This document shows, one piece after another, positions 17,145 through 26,690 of a stretch of DNA of 32,000 bases. Numbering within the stretch: the first letter of the stretch is position 1; each line of letters begins with the position of its first letter. The notes below the pieces were generated by a model. That model saw nothing but the letters and a program-made list of their open reading frames with translations. It was not told the origin of the DNA and searched no databases. Origin of the DNA: Pyrodictium abyssi (GTDB taxonomy: Archaea > Thermoproteota > Thermoprotei_A > Sulfolobales > Pyrodictiaceae); NCBI RefSeq assembly GCF_036323395.1, contig NZ_AP028907.1, positions 360,001 to 392,000 of the forward strand, in the 5' to 3' direction. The position numbers and the translations under genes were made by a program.

Positions 17145-19040
17145 TTGAAAGCTTTGCCTACACGTGAAATGTTAATAGATCCTATCACACGCATTGAGGG
17201 CCACCTAGCTCTGCGCGTGACGGTTGACACTGATGCTAGGAAGCCGGTAAAGGACAGCGTCCGCAGCTTCGTTACCATGTTCCGTGGCTTCGAGGTATTC
17301 GACCTCGGGAGACCACCAGAGGACCTTCCGCATATAAATAGTCGTATATGTGGTGTATGTGGCGCAAGCCACGCAAACGCGAGCGTAATCGCGGTGGACA
17401 TGGCTTACGGCGTCTCGCCCTACCGTATGGGTGTCGCGCTCCGCAACATGGCCTTCGCCATGACCGACCACATATACGACCACACAATTATACTCAACAT
17501 GCTCGAAGGTCCCGACTTCAGCAGCGCCGTAGTCTCCTTCATGACTCCTTCGGTCTACGACCAGGCTAAGAAGACCCTGGCCGAGCACCGCGACATACAC
17601 GGCTTCACAACGATAGCGGAGATAATGGACGCCCTAACACCCATAACCGGCAAGCTCTGGCAGCTAGGAGCCAAGTTCCAGCGGTATGCACGCGAGGCGG
17701 GCGTACTCATATACGGTAGGCATAGCCACCCCTCCACACTCATACCCGGCGGAATATCCACTGATCTGAGCAACGCAGAGTACCTGGTCACCGGCTACAT
17801 TTTCCGCTTGACGAAGCTTACTGCGTGGGCAAAGTACATGTACGCTGCCTGGTACGACCTGCTAAAGTTCTACGAGGACCTAGGCTACGCAGAGAACGGT
17901 ATCAGCTACCACCCAGACCCAGCCAAGTCCACGGTCAGCGCCGTAGCCAGCAGCGGCGTATTCGACGACCCCGAGACCTACGAGAGTATAGGCGACTACG
18001 TAGAATGGGAAGAATTCTACCGGAAGATGGACGAGAACGCGGGCAAGAGAGTACTAAAGCCCGGCATAATACTCAGAGGCGAGCTCGTCACAACCAAGTA
18101 TAGTGAATACAATGCAAGCATACTAGAGCACGTCGAGCGCGCCTTCTTCAAGGACTGGAAGGACAAGGCCAAGGAGCTCCCATGGTACGGCGAGCTAGAG
18201 AAGAACGACTTCAAGGACCCGCTCGGGAACAAGCTGCTCTGGGGTAAGTACGACCCAGTATACCACCCATGGATAAAGGTGACGATACCGAACCCTGGAG
18301 CCAGGGACTGGGCCGGCAAGTACAGTTGGGTGACCCACGTACGCCTAGTATGGAAGGACGGCACCATAACCCCATTCGAGGTTGGCCCGTACGCGAGGCT
18401 CCTAGTAGCTAGCAAGCAGCCCGGCGGCGACCACCTAGGCCTATACAAGAGCACGGGTAACGGCGTCCTAAAGGTGACTCTACCACGCGCATGCACCGAC
18501 GAACTCCCTGCAAGCGTGTGCGAGGAAACGACCTTCGAGTGGAAGGTGCCAGAGTTCAGCTCCACGATATACAGGCTATGGGCCCGCGCGTTCAACATGC
18601 TAATCGACGTCGTAGAGGCTTGGAACCATGCCACAAAGGCCCTAGAATACGTGAGAGCCGGTACCGTGAAGACCAGTAGGCCGTGGAAGACGCCAAACAG
18701 GATAACATTCGGCGTAGGCCTAACCGAGGCGCCCCGCGGTACTGTAAGGCACTGGCTAGTACAGAAGGCCGGTAAGACACTCAACATACAGATACACGCG
18801 CCAACAACTGGTAACGTGAGCCCGCAGGACAAGTGGGGCTACAGCCCATTCGAGCAGAGCGTCATAAACACAGTAGTCACGGAGGAGACTAAGCCAGAGG
18901 AGTGGACAGGACTAGACTTCGTACGTTCTATAAGGAGCTTCGACCCATGCCTAGCGTGTGCAGCTCACATACAGTTCATGAAGGGCGAGAGACTAGTCAA
19001 GACCGTAAAGAAGGTAATAACAACGGCGCACTACCGCTAA
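17145..19040 (+). CDS. [NiFe] hydrogenase large subunit
   Basis: 631 aa, RICGVCGASH (17343-17372) and DPCLACAAH (18942-18968) nickel-ligand motifs, followed by a 23-aa C-terminal extension. TTG start. Confidence 0.95.
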   Translation: MKALPTREMLIDPITRIEGHLALRVTVDTDARKPVKDSVRSFVTMFRGFEVFDLGRPPEDLPHINSRICGVCGASHANASVIAVDMAYGVSPYRMGVALRNMAFAMTDHIYDHTIILNMLEGPDFSSAVVSFMTPSVYDQAKKTLAEHRDIHGFTTIAEIMDALTPITGKLWQLGAKFQRYAREAGVLIYGRHSHPSTLIPGGISTDLSNAEYLVTGYIFRLTKLTAWAKYMYAAWYDLLKFYEDLGYAENGISYHPDPAKSTVSAVASSGVFDDPETYESIGDYVEWEEFYRKMDENAGKRVLKPGIILRGELVTTKYSEYNASILEHVERAFFKDWKDKAKELPWYGELEKNDFKDPLGNKLLWGKYDPVYHPWIKVTIPNPGARDWAGKYSWVTHVRLVWKDGTITPFEVGPYARLLVASKQPGGDHLGLYKSTGNGVLKVTLPRACTDELPASVCEETTFEWKVPEFSSTIYRLWARAFNMLIDVVEAWNHATKALEYVRAGTVKTSRPWKTPNRITFGVGLTEAPRGTVRHWLVQKAGKTLNIQIHAPTTGNVSPQDKWGYSPFEQSVINTVVTEETKPEEWTGLDFVRSIRSFDPCLACAAHIQFMKGERLVKTVKKVITTAHYR

Positions 19041-19224
19041 GACACAGCCAAGCCCTCTACACCGAGGCTCTCGCCCATCTTTTTCACTTCCTTGGAAGTC
19101 ATAATCCTCCTCCCAGGCATGGTTCTTCCACGGCGAAATACGCTGCTCGTTAACCACTCACCTGCCTTCTTTATACCCGGTGTAGCCTGGTGCAGAAAGA
19201 CTAAGGGGACGTAGGTGGACCCGG

Positions 19225-19809
19225 TTGCCACAGGGGCACAAAGTGAAGCAGCTTGCGGACTACGCGATGGTTGCGTTCATTGAGGCCATAAAGAGGGGGT
19301 TCCCCATCCACGCTAAGAAGTTTATGAGCGACATCATACTCGTGCGTAACAAGCACGGACGAGGAATTCTATACGTAAACCATGTCGATGTGGGTGATGG
19401 ATCCCGTTATGTTACTGTAGCTGCCGACAAGTATAGTATATGGGGTGTGCGTGTAGTAAGAGTACGGGACGGTGAAATAATAGAGGTCAATCCTCATCTA
19501 GTTCCTGACGCTGTAGGACAGCATATAGAGCTTGTATCAACGTTCGAAGCGGACGTCTGGAGTAAGAGGCTCAAACTCTTCGAATCAAGTAGTCCGGTAA
19601 ACGACGTGCCCGAGATACTGAGGCCCTTCAGGAAGGCTGGAGCAGAGATAAGGTACATCGAGGAGACGTTTGACTACGTGGTAGTGTTCAATGGTGTTGC
19701 ACCCGTCTGGTATAACAAGCTTACCGGGAAGATTGATGATTCTCGTGAGTGGCAGAAGGCGATGGGGCTTCTGCCAAAAGAGTTGGAAAGCATAGAAGTG
19801 AATGCATAG
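19225..19809 (+). CDS. Hypothetical protein, 194 aa
   Basis: Long ORF with TTG start and protein-like composition; no recognised family motif. Confidence 0.6.
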   Translation: MPQGHKVKQLADYAMVAFIEAIKRGFPIHAKKFMSDIILVRNKHGRGILYVNHVDVGDGSRYVTVAADKYSIWGVRVVRVRDGEIIEVNPHLVPDAVGQHIELVSTFEADVWSKRLKLFESSSPVNDVPEILRPFRKAGAEIRYIEETFDYVVVFNGVAPVWYNKLTGKIDDSREWQKAMGLLPKELESIEVNA

Positions 19810-19810
19810 G

Positions 19811-20224
19811 CTATGCGTCCTCCATTGGTATTGGTAGGAGGGAGGCCTGCAAGCTTAGTACGCCACGTATCCTGGTGAAGAGCTTATACAGCTCCTTGAC
19901 CCTATTCCCGCTACCGTGGACGAGCATGACGTAGAGCATGTAGCCTGACGAGAGCCTTACCGCTATGACCGAGTCTACTATGTCGGGGTAGTCTCTCACC
20001 GCGCGGTGTATACTCGAGGCTATAGACTCGTTGTCCCCTGGCACAAGGAGCTGGAAAGTGCCGCCTACAGTACCACTATGGCTCCACCACCGGTTAAATG
20101 CGACGAACAGCTCTACAGCGTCTCGTATAACGCGGGATATACTGGTGTACCCCATGTTCTTGGATATCTCTACGAGTTGCCTGTACACGTTGTCCGGCAG
20201 TGCTACGCCGGTCTTTACGACCAT
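19811..20224 (-). CDS. Ribbon-helix-helix (CopG/NikR-like) regulator
   Basis: KTGVALPDNVYRQLVEISKNMGYTSISRVIRDAVELFV, followed by an ACT/NikR-like C-terminal region. Start at internal Met 20224. Confidence 0.75.
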   Translation of the reverse strand: MVVKTGVALPDNVYRQLVEISKNMGYTSISRVIRDAVELFVAFNRWWSHSGTVGGTFQLLVPGDNESIASSIHRAVRDYPDIVDSVIAVRLSSGYMLYVMLVHGSGNRVKELYKLFTRIRGVLSLQASLLPIPMEDA

Positions 20225-20587
20225 GCTACGGCCCCTGGCTACTCTAACCCCGGTCCGGCCATAAAAGCCAGCTATACATGGTATAGCGCTGTAGAAACTA
20301 GCCCTCAAGGTGCCCCGAACCCCCTGTAGGTAATCATTGGCCCTCTCATCTTGTTGATGTACTTGCTAGTAGTCGTGCTAGTCTACTATGTGGAGCTGAG
20401 AGTATAGCCGGTGATAACGCCTGAGGGGAATGAATAATTATGCTGTGTTGTTTTCCTTATGTGGCTATGGGGCGGTGAAGATGGATTATCGGGCCGATGC
20501 TAGGGCAGTGCGGAAAGTACCCTCTGACGGAGCCCCGCCTCTGGTCTGCTCTCCCGGCAGTGCTGCCCCCGGTGGGTAGAGGCTGTC

Positions 20588-21316
20588 TTGCCTAGCGGTA
20601 AGCCGGTGCTCGAGCTAGTCAACGTGAGCAAGGCGTATCGAGCCGGGGAGACAATCACATGGGGGCTCCGGGGACTGAGTCTACGGGTCCATCGCGGCGA
20701 GTTCATAGCCATAATGGGGCCTAGCGGTTCCGGCAAGACAACGCTCCTCAACATGGCGGGTCTCCTCGACCGGCCCACACGCGGCAAGATCTACATAGAT
20801 GGCTTTGACGTGTCGCGGCTCAGTGACCGGCAGCTAGCGCGGCTCCGGAACCGCTACATAGGCTTTGTCTTCCAACAGTTCAACCTTATCAACAGACTCA
20901 CAGTCCTCGAGAACATAGAGCTGCCGCTTATACCCAGGGGCGTCCCGAGGCGGGAGCGCCGCAGAAGAGCCGTGCGTGCACTCCTTAGCGTTGGGGGAGA
21001 CCCGTCTTGGCTGCCTAAGAAGCCCCTCCAGCTCAGCGGCGGCCAGCAGCAGCGCGTAGCCATAGCGCGCGCTATAGTGGGTGAGCCCCATATACTGCTA
21101 GCAGACGAGCCGACCGGGGCGCTCGACCGTAGGACTGCTAGACTCGTAGTCGAGACGTTCATAAGGCTCAACGAGCATGGACAGACAATACTAGTAGTGA
21201 CCCATGACCCTGAGGTTGCTAACTGCGCGCACAGGATATACCAGATACGCGACGGGCGCATAGCAGGTGTAGAGGAGCCCGACAATAGTAAATGCATACT
21301 AAACACTGTCATGTGA
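20588..21316 (+). CDS. ABC transporter ATP-binding protein, LolD/MacB type
   Basis: IMGPSGSGKTTLLNMAGLLDRPTRG, LSGGQQQRVAIARAI, LLADEPTGALDRRT; TTG start. Confidence 0.93.
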   Translation: MPSGKPVLELVNVSKAYRAGETITWGLRGLSLRVHRGEFIAIMGPSGSGKTTLLNMAGLLDRPTRGKIYIDGFDVSRLSDRQLARLRNRYIGFVFQQFNLINRLTVLENIELPLIPRGVPRRERRRRAVRALLSVGGDPSWLPKKPLQLSGGQQQRVAIARAIVGEPHILLADEPTGALDRRTARLVVETFIRLNEHGQTILVVTHDPEVANCAHRIYQIRDGRIAGVEEPDNSKCILNTVM

Positions 21317-24300
21317 TGACCGGCTCTGCTACGCCGCTACCCCGTCTTTATACGGCCAGTACTAGCATCCAGGACTCGGAGACGGCGAGTTGGGGGTGGA
21401 GGAAGATACGCTTCCTCACGCTACTGGCACTGGCAACAATACTCGTAGCGATACCCTCTGCGGAACTCGCCTTGGCGGGGGCTAAGCCGCCCCCGCAGGC
21501 CCTACTCCTCATCACGAGCTTCACTGGCCCTCAGGGCACGCCCCCATTCCCCGGCGAGAACGGGACACTTAGGATAGAGTGGCTCTACCAGGGATTCTTC
21601 GTGGCCGACAGGGTATACGCTGTGGTAGAGCTCCCCGAAGGATTCAGCCCCAACCGCTTCTCAGCCCTGCTAGGCGCAGCGGCTCCAGGCGACGTCCTGG
21701 TTCTTGAAAGGCTCGTTACAGTCTCGGAGAACCTGCCTCCCTCCACGTATACGGGTAGAGCCACCCTCTACATACTGGTCGGGAACAGCCTCTACATCTA
21801 CAACTACACGATAGAGCTAGAGGTGGCTAAATGCCCTGCCGGGCTATCGTTTAGGACGCAGCTTACGCCGTTCAGCTACCCTGGCTCAAACAACGTGAAG
21901 CTCGAGATAACGATGGAAAACAACGGGCCGGGCGAGATTAGGAACGCTTCTCTATCCCTTCTGCTCCCCGAAGGCTGGCTACCCGAGGACAACATAACCT
22001 GGACAATCGACCTACTCGGGGCCAACGAGTCCAATACGCACACGGTGACCGGGGTATACTTGCCTCCATGGCTCGAGCCGGGCGTCTACGATGCTAGCCT
22101 CTCTCTGAGCTACTACTGCGTAGTTGACAACTCCACCAGATACTTCAACTACACCATGATGGTGCCCATAAGGGTGGACCCGCCTAAGCCCCTACACGTC
22201 GAGCCCCTAGTGCTCGGCTGGAGAAAGGGAGTAGCCTACCCCGGCGAGGTATCCGCGCCCCTAGACATAGTCCTGGTGAACCAGGAGCCATACACGATAG
22301 TGGGGCTGGAAGCAGTACTGGCGCTGCCAGAAGGTATGAGAGTAGCCGGGACGGAGAGCAGCGTGTACAGAGTAGTCTATGATAACCTCGCGGCGGGGTA
22401 CGGCGACTCTGTCTCCATGAATCTCCGGGTGGACGTGGACAGCAGCCTGGCGCCAGGGCTCTACAACGCAAGCCTGCAGCTAAAGTTTATAGTTAACTTG
22501 CAGGGCGCCACTACGGTGCTCCCGCTAAACCTCTCCATAGGGCTGCCAGTAGCCGGGCCAGAGCAGCTAGGCGTCCGCACAGTCTACGCGGGCTGGGCAG
22601 ACGGCTATGCATACCCCGGTGAGGTGTCAGCTCCTCTCCGCATAGCGGTACAGAGCCTAGAAGACGCGACAGTCACAGCTGCTACGCTTACACTAGAGCT
22701 GCCCGTAGGCATAGCCTCCCGCGGGCAGAATACCGTAACCATAGCGCTTGACGGCCTGGCAGCCCGCTACGGCGACATGATAGAGTTCACGACGCAGCTA
22801 GACATAGCTGGCACGCTCAAACCCGGCTCATACACGGCAAACGCTACCATAGTATTCATACTAGCGGATGAGGACGGGAACAAGAGGGTAAAGTACACGA
22901 GGCTCCCCGTGAGGCTCGACGTAGACCCTCCGCACGCGGAGAACATAACAATACTTTCTAGTAGATGGTCCACATGGATAACGGGAAGCGAGGCATACAC
23001 GGCCACGGTAGCGGTTGACATAAGCTATTGGGGCCGGGGCAGAGTACGCTACATAGTAGCTGAGGTAGAACCGCTGCAGGGGGCAACTCTACGCGCGGGT
23101 ACACGCAGCGTGACAGTGGTTGAGCGGGTAGACCTAGGGCCCGGCGACATAGCGTCGCTGCAAATACCGGGCATAAGAGTGAGTAGTAATACAAGCCAAG
23201 TAGCCCTGGCACTGAGGGTCACAGCAGTAGTCACGTCCCCCGGAGGCGGCGTATACAACGTAACAGCCACGAGGACCATAACGCTGAAGCCACTCCTCGA
23301 ACAGCCCCTAGGGCTAGGATACGTAGAGGTATCAACGGCACACCTCGTCCCATCCTCTAGCAGCGTCGAGATCACAGTTGGCATAGTGAACACGGCGCCC
23401 GAGCCGATAACGATACTCTCCGCTGAGCCAGGCAACACCCCGGGAATACATGCATGGCTGACCGGGGGCGACTGCCTCACAGCCGGAGCCGAACCGGGGA
23501 GCAGCTGCTCGATCAGACTAGCAGTAAACGTGTCTAGAACAGCCAGGCCCGGAGTCTACACAATACCAATAGACATCTGGTATAGCTACCGTGGCGCCGC
23601 GGGGACAGTTGTGACAGGCCGCCAGACCATACACGTGCCACTAGCCGTAGAGCCCGTAGAAGCCTATGCGCCCAGGCTCACCCTGGCCAGAGCCTTCTGG
23701 GCCACAGCACCCGGGGCAAACCCTATACACGTCTATCCCGGTACCGATGCTGCGCCATTACAGCTCGAGGTATACAACCCAGGGCGCTACCCGGTATCCG
23801 GCGTCATAGCCCGGATAAGGCCCCTGGATAGCGGTGTCGAGGTGGTGAGACAGCCACAGCCGTGCAGCAGCATAGCGCCGGGCTCCTCGTGCACGGTTAC
23901 AGCATACCTAAGGATAGCCCCGGACACTGCTCCGGGGCTCTATAAAGTGGCGGTGGAAATAAGCTACATATTCACGCAGTTCAATGCCCACGCTGCGGTG
24001 AGCATAACCGAGGAAGCGGTCCTAGAGATAGACGACCCCGACGAGGCCATATACGTGGTTGATATGTCGTGGGCGTCAACGCCTAAGCCCGGCACGCGTA
24101 CAGCCCTCCTCATAGCGCGGGTCTACCCGGACCCGTCGCGCGCTTCACGCATCCATTCAGTAGTGCTAGAGCTGCCTCCGGGGCTCTTTAACCCTCAAAA
24201 CGGCGGTAGCAGGATAGTAGCGGTGCCTCAGAATAGCCTCCAATACCCACCGCAGCCTGCAGCAGAGCAGCAGGGTATAACAGCACTACTAAGTGAGGTC

Positions 24301-25317
24301 GGCAGTGCCGTAGCCGGAGTAGAGACCTATGCGGCTCAGGTAGGAGTTAACGCCACGAAGCCGGAGACCGCGGTCATAGCACTAGACATAACGTGGATAG
24401 ACCATCTAGGCTACCTCCACACAGTGAGAAAGAAAGTTAGCATCCATGTCCCTGTAGCGCCTAGCTTCATAGACATCAGTGTAGAGCCATACGCGGAGCT
24501 CAGAGGCGGCATAGCAAGAGTCAACATAACACTAGCGAATACAGGAGCCACACCCGTGTACAATGTGTACACAGTCCTAGTACCAGCCTCGGCAACCGGG
24601 TATGTAGTATCATCTACTAGGTATCTACCAGTGCTCGGGCCAGGCGAAAAAGCCCAGCTAGCCTACAGGGTAGTGTACAACCCAGCGGGATTCGGGGGAG
24701 TAGAGAGCTACACGTTTACGGGAATACTTACAGTAATCTATGAGGACTCTGCTGGGAATGTGAACGCGTTTAACACGAGCATAGCGTTTATAATGAAACC
24801 GGTCATACTGCTGAGGTTTACACAGCTCGACGCTGAATGGCGTAACGGCACGGTGGTAGTTAAAGGCATAGTGGCCAACGAGGGCGTGGAGCCATCGGAA
24901 GCAGTGAGGGTAGACGTGTACGCTGGTTCTGCGCACAGCTCCTCCTTCATAGGGTCTCTTGACCCCTCAAGCGAGGCGCCGTTCCGCATAGAGCTAGCCC
25001 TAGAGGAGAAACCGGAGAAGGTGCTAGTGAGCCTATGGTATAGCGACAAGTACGGCATAGACTACATGCTCAACAAAACCGTGACCGTGAGAGAGGCGGT
25101 CGTGCTGGCACAGCAGGTTAAGAAGAGCGATGAGGTAGAAGCAAGGCTCCCGCTCGGAGTAGAAGGGGTAAAGAGGCTAGCCATAGTACTGGCATTGGTA
25201 GCAGCAACTCTAGCCTACATGGCCTATAGGAGGTACAAACGCCTCAGCGTAGAGGAACAGCAAGATGTAGACGGCGAAACCAGCTACGACGGTGAACGCT
25301 GGGATGAAGATAAGTGA
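21316..25317 (+). CDS. Giant secreted, C-terminally membrane-anchored protein with repeated Ig-like (NEW3/CARDB-like) domains
   Basis: N-terminal hydrophobic signal (FLTLLALATILVAIPSA), recurring YPGEVSAPL and PGxYxxxLxxx motifs, C-terminal TM (LAIVLALVAATLAYMAYRRYKR). ATG at 21316 overlaps the upstream TGA; ORF opens at 21292. Confidence 0.82.
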   Translation: MTGSATPLPRLYTASTSIQDSETASWGWRKIRFLTLLALATILVAIPSAELALAGAKPPPQALLLITSFTGPQGTPPFPGENGTLRIEWLYQGFFVADRVYAVVELPEGFSPNRFSALLGAAAPGDVLVLERLVTVSENLPPSTYTGRATLYILVGNSLYIYNYTIELEVAKCPAGLSFRTQLTPFSYPGSNNVKLEITMENNGPGEIRNASLSLLLPEGWLPEDNITWTIDLLGANESNTHTVTGVYLPPWLEPGVYDASLSLSYYCVVDNSTRYFNYTMMVPIRVDPPKPLHVEPLVLGWRKGVAYPGEVSAPLDIVLVNQEPYTIVGLEAVLALPEGMRVAGTESSVYRVVYDNLAAGYGDSVSMNLRVDVDSSLAPGLYNASLQLKFIVNLQGATTVLPLNLSIGLPVAGPEQLGVRTVYAGWADGYAYPGEVSAPLRIAVQSLEDATVTAATLTLELPVGIASRGQNTVTIALDGLAARYGDMIEFTTQLDIAGTLKPGSYTANATIVFILADEDGNKRVKYTRLPVRLDVDPPHAENITILSSRWSTWITGSEAYTATVAVDISYWGRGRVRYIVAEVEPLQGATLRAGTRSVTVVERVDLGPGDIASLQIPGIRVSSNTSQVALALRVTAVVTSPGGGVYNVTATRTITLKPLLEQPLGLGYVEVSTAHLVPSSSSVEITVGIVNTAPEPITILSAEPGNTPGIHAWLTGGDCLTAGAEPGSSCSIRLAVNVSRTARPGVYTIPIDIWYSYRGAAGTVVTGRQTIHVPLAVEPVEAYAPRLTLARAFWATAPGANPIHVYPGTDAAPLQLEVYNPGRYPVSGVIARIRPLDSGVEVVRQPQPCSSIAPGSSCTVTAYLRIAPDTAPGLYKVAVEISYIFTQFNAHAAVSITEEAVLEIDDPDEAIYVVDMSWASTPKPGTRTALLIARVYPDPSRASRIHSVVLELPPGLFNPQNGGSRIVAVPQNSLQYPPQPAAEQQGITALLSEVGSAVAGVETYAAQVGVNATKPETAVIALDITWIDHLGYLHTVRKKVSIHVPVAPSFIDISVEPYAELRGGIARVNITLANTGATPVYNVYTVLVPASATGYVVSSTRYLPVLGPGEKAQLAYRVVYNPAGFGGVESYTFTGILTVIYEDSAGNVNAFNTSIAFIMKPVILLRFTQLDAEWRNGTVVVKGIVANEGVEPSEAVRVDVYAGSAHSSSFIGSLDPSSEAPFRIELALEEKPEKVLVSLWYSDKYGIDYMLNKTVTVREAVVLAQQVKKSDEVEARLPLGVEGVKRLAIVLALVAATLAYMAYRRYKRLSVEEQQDVDGETSYDGERWDEDK
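22205..23010 (+). repeat. Tandem ~125-aa (~375-bp) protein repeats inside the ectodomain gene
   Basis: LGWRKGVAYPGEVSAPLDI, AGWADGYAYPGEVSAPLRI and SRWSTWITGSEAYTATV are spaced about 370-375 bp apart. A further related copy HVYPGTDAAPLQLEV lies near 23730. Confidence 0.6.
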
Positions 25318-26524
25318 GCTAGTGGACATGGTTGTTTTCGCGTTAAGGGCGCTACAGGAGCGTAAGGCAAGGAGCCTACTCACGATAATAGGCATATCGA
25401 TAGGTCCGATAGCCCTCATAGCCATAATGGGCGTCGTCCAGGGCTACTCCGGCTACGTGATAAAACAGCTTGAAGGCCTGGGGCAGAACCTGATAGTACT
25501 CGTGCCCGGAGCCGACTATAGGATGACAGAACGCGACCTAGAGTTCCTCAAGAGTCTACACGGTGTAGAGGCGGTCACACCATTCTACAGCATACGCGCC
25601 AAGGTGAAGCAGGGCGCGCAGAGCGTGGAGGCAGCCATATACGCTGTAGACATGGAGATATTCTTCAAGGCGTTGGGTAAGCTCCGTGTAGAGGAGGGAG
25701 GCATACCGCCCCCGGGCGAGCCTATCGCGGCGGTGATAGGCCACTACATAGCGTGTGACGAGAAAGGTAACCGCTACTATGGGGTCGGCGACGTCCTGAC
25801 AATAAGCTACTTCGAGATAAAGCATGGAGGCAGGCTAGTAGAGAGGAGAGTAAACGTCGTGGTACGCGGTGTTCTCGCCGAGTTTGGTAACGCGTTCTTC
25901 GTAAACCCGGATACGACGGTGTTCCTCCCCCTTAGTGCGGGCAAACGGCTCCTGGGCATGCAGGAGTGGAGCGGCGTCATAGTGGTCGCAGAGGACCCGG
26001 TCTACGTGGAGAACCTTACGAGACTCCTCCGGGAGGTCTACCAGGACCGTGTGGGTGTCATATCACTCGTAGAGATATCGCATGTAGTCGCCACAATCAC
26101 TGCTGCAATGGAGTTTGTGACCCTGGCTGCAGGAGGCGCAGCGTTCGTTGTCGCTGTGACTGGTGTGGCCGCTACCATGATAACATCTGTCATGGAGCGT
26201 ACCCGGGAGATAGGTGTGCTCAAGGCCCTGGGGTTCACGAGCAGCGAGGTAGTAGCCATGGTGCTAATAGAGGCTCTTATCATGAGCCTTCTAGGGGCGG
26301 CTCTCGGCATAGGTGTCGGCGTAGTGGCAGCCTATGCGCTGTCCGGTAAGGGTATGGTGATAAAGGGCATACACACCATAGTGATCAAGGCTGAGCCGGC
26401 CATAACGCCAGAGCTAATAGGGCTAGTGCTGCTCATGACAATTGTCGTTGGTGTGGTGGGAGGCGCTATACCCGCCTATAAGGCGGCAAGAATACCGCCA
26501 GCAGTAGCGCTACGCTACGAATAA
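25304..26524 (+). CDS. ABC transporter permease, MacB/FtsX family
   Basis: N-terminal KARSLLTIIGISIGPIALIAIMGVVQGYSGYV, extracytoplasmic MacB-like core, C-terminal FtsX three-TM region (TREIGVLKALGFTSSEVVAMVLIEAL). ORF opens at GTG 25292; ATG at 25304. Confidence 0.92.
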   Translation: MKISELVDMVVFALRALQERKARSLLTIIGISIGPIALIAIMGVVQGYSGYVIKQLEGLGQNLIVLVPGADYRMTERDLEFLKSLHGVEAVTPFYSIRAKVKQGAQSVEAAIYAVDMEIFFKALGKLRVEEGGIPPPGEPIAAVIGHYIACDEKGNRYYGVGDVLTISYFEIKHGGRLVERRVNVVVRGVLAEFGNAFFVNPDTTVFLPLSAGKRLLGMQEWSGVIVVAEDPVYVENLTRLLREVYQDRVGVISLVEISHVVATITAAMEFVTLAAGGAAFVVAVTGVAATMITSVMERTREIGVLKALGFTSSEVVAMVLIEALIMSLLGAALGIGVGVVAAYALSGKGMVIKGIHTIVIKAEPAITPELIGLVLLMTIVVGVVGGAIPAYKAARIPPAVALRYE

Positions 26525-26615
26525 ACATTCATGATGAATGCTGGATATGAGTACCGGAAACAGTGGCGCCATCCCGCTCCTAGCTCTCACGACGTTACAC
26601 CGTGGCGAGTCACCA

Positions 26616-26622
26616 CTTTATA
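26616..26622 (+). promoter_or_regulatory. Candidate TATA box for SRP19
   Basis: ctttata, about 70 nt upstream of the GTG start. Confidence 0.4.
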
Positions 26623-26690
26623 GGAAGCTCTGTTCTAGTACGGGTATTGGCACTGCTAGGCTCATCTAGAATGGAAGGGAGAACTTCCGG

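Noticed and set aside
18017-18832. 271-aa minus-strand ORF inside the hydrogenase gene
   Set aside because: Directly antisense to an unambiguous hydrogenase large subunit; composition (Ser/Leu/Pro rich) is typical of antisense translation.
19037-19231. 64-aa minus-strand ORF after the hydrogenase gene
   Set aside because: No motif, overlaps the next gene's start, and no clear promoter. Could not be supported.
20351-20407. Hydrophobic mini-ORF (LLMYLLVVVLVYYVELRV*)
   Set aside because: Only 18 codons. The hydrophobic stretch is suggestive of a TM peptide but too short to claim without conservation or expression data.
22184-22471. Multiple antisense ORFs across the 1341-aa gene (for example 22184..22471, 23049..23480, 24738..25058)
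   Set aside because: They are opposite a long, well-supported coding frame and have skewed composition, typical of GC-rich shadow ORFs.
26531-26537. atgatga as a C box of a C/D sRNA
   Set aside because: No CTGA D box at suitable distance; the sequence is better described as part of the CATTCAT/ATGAATG dyad.
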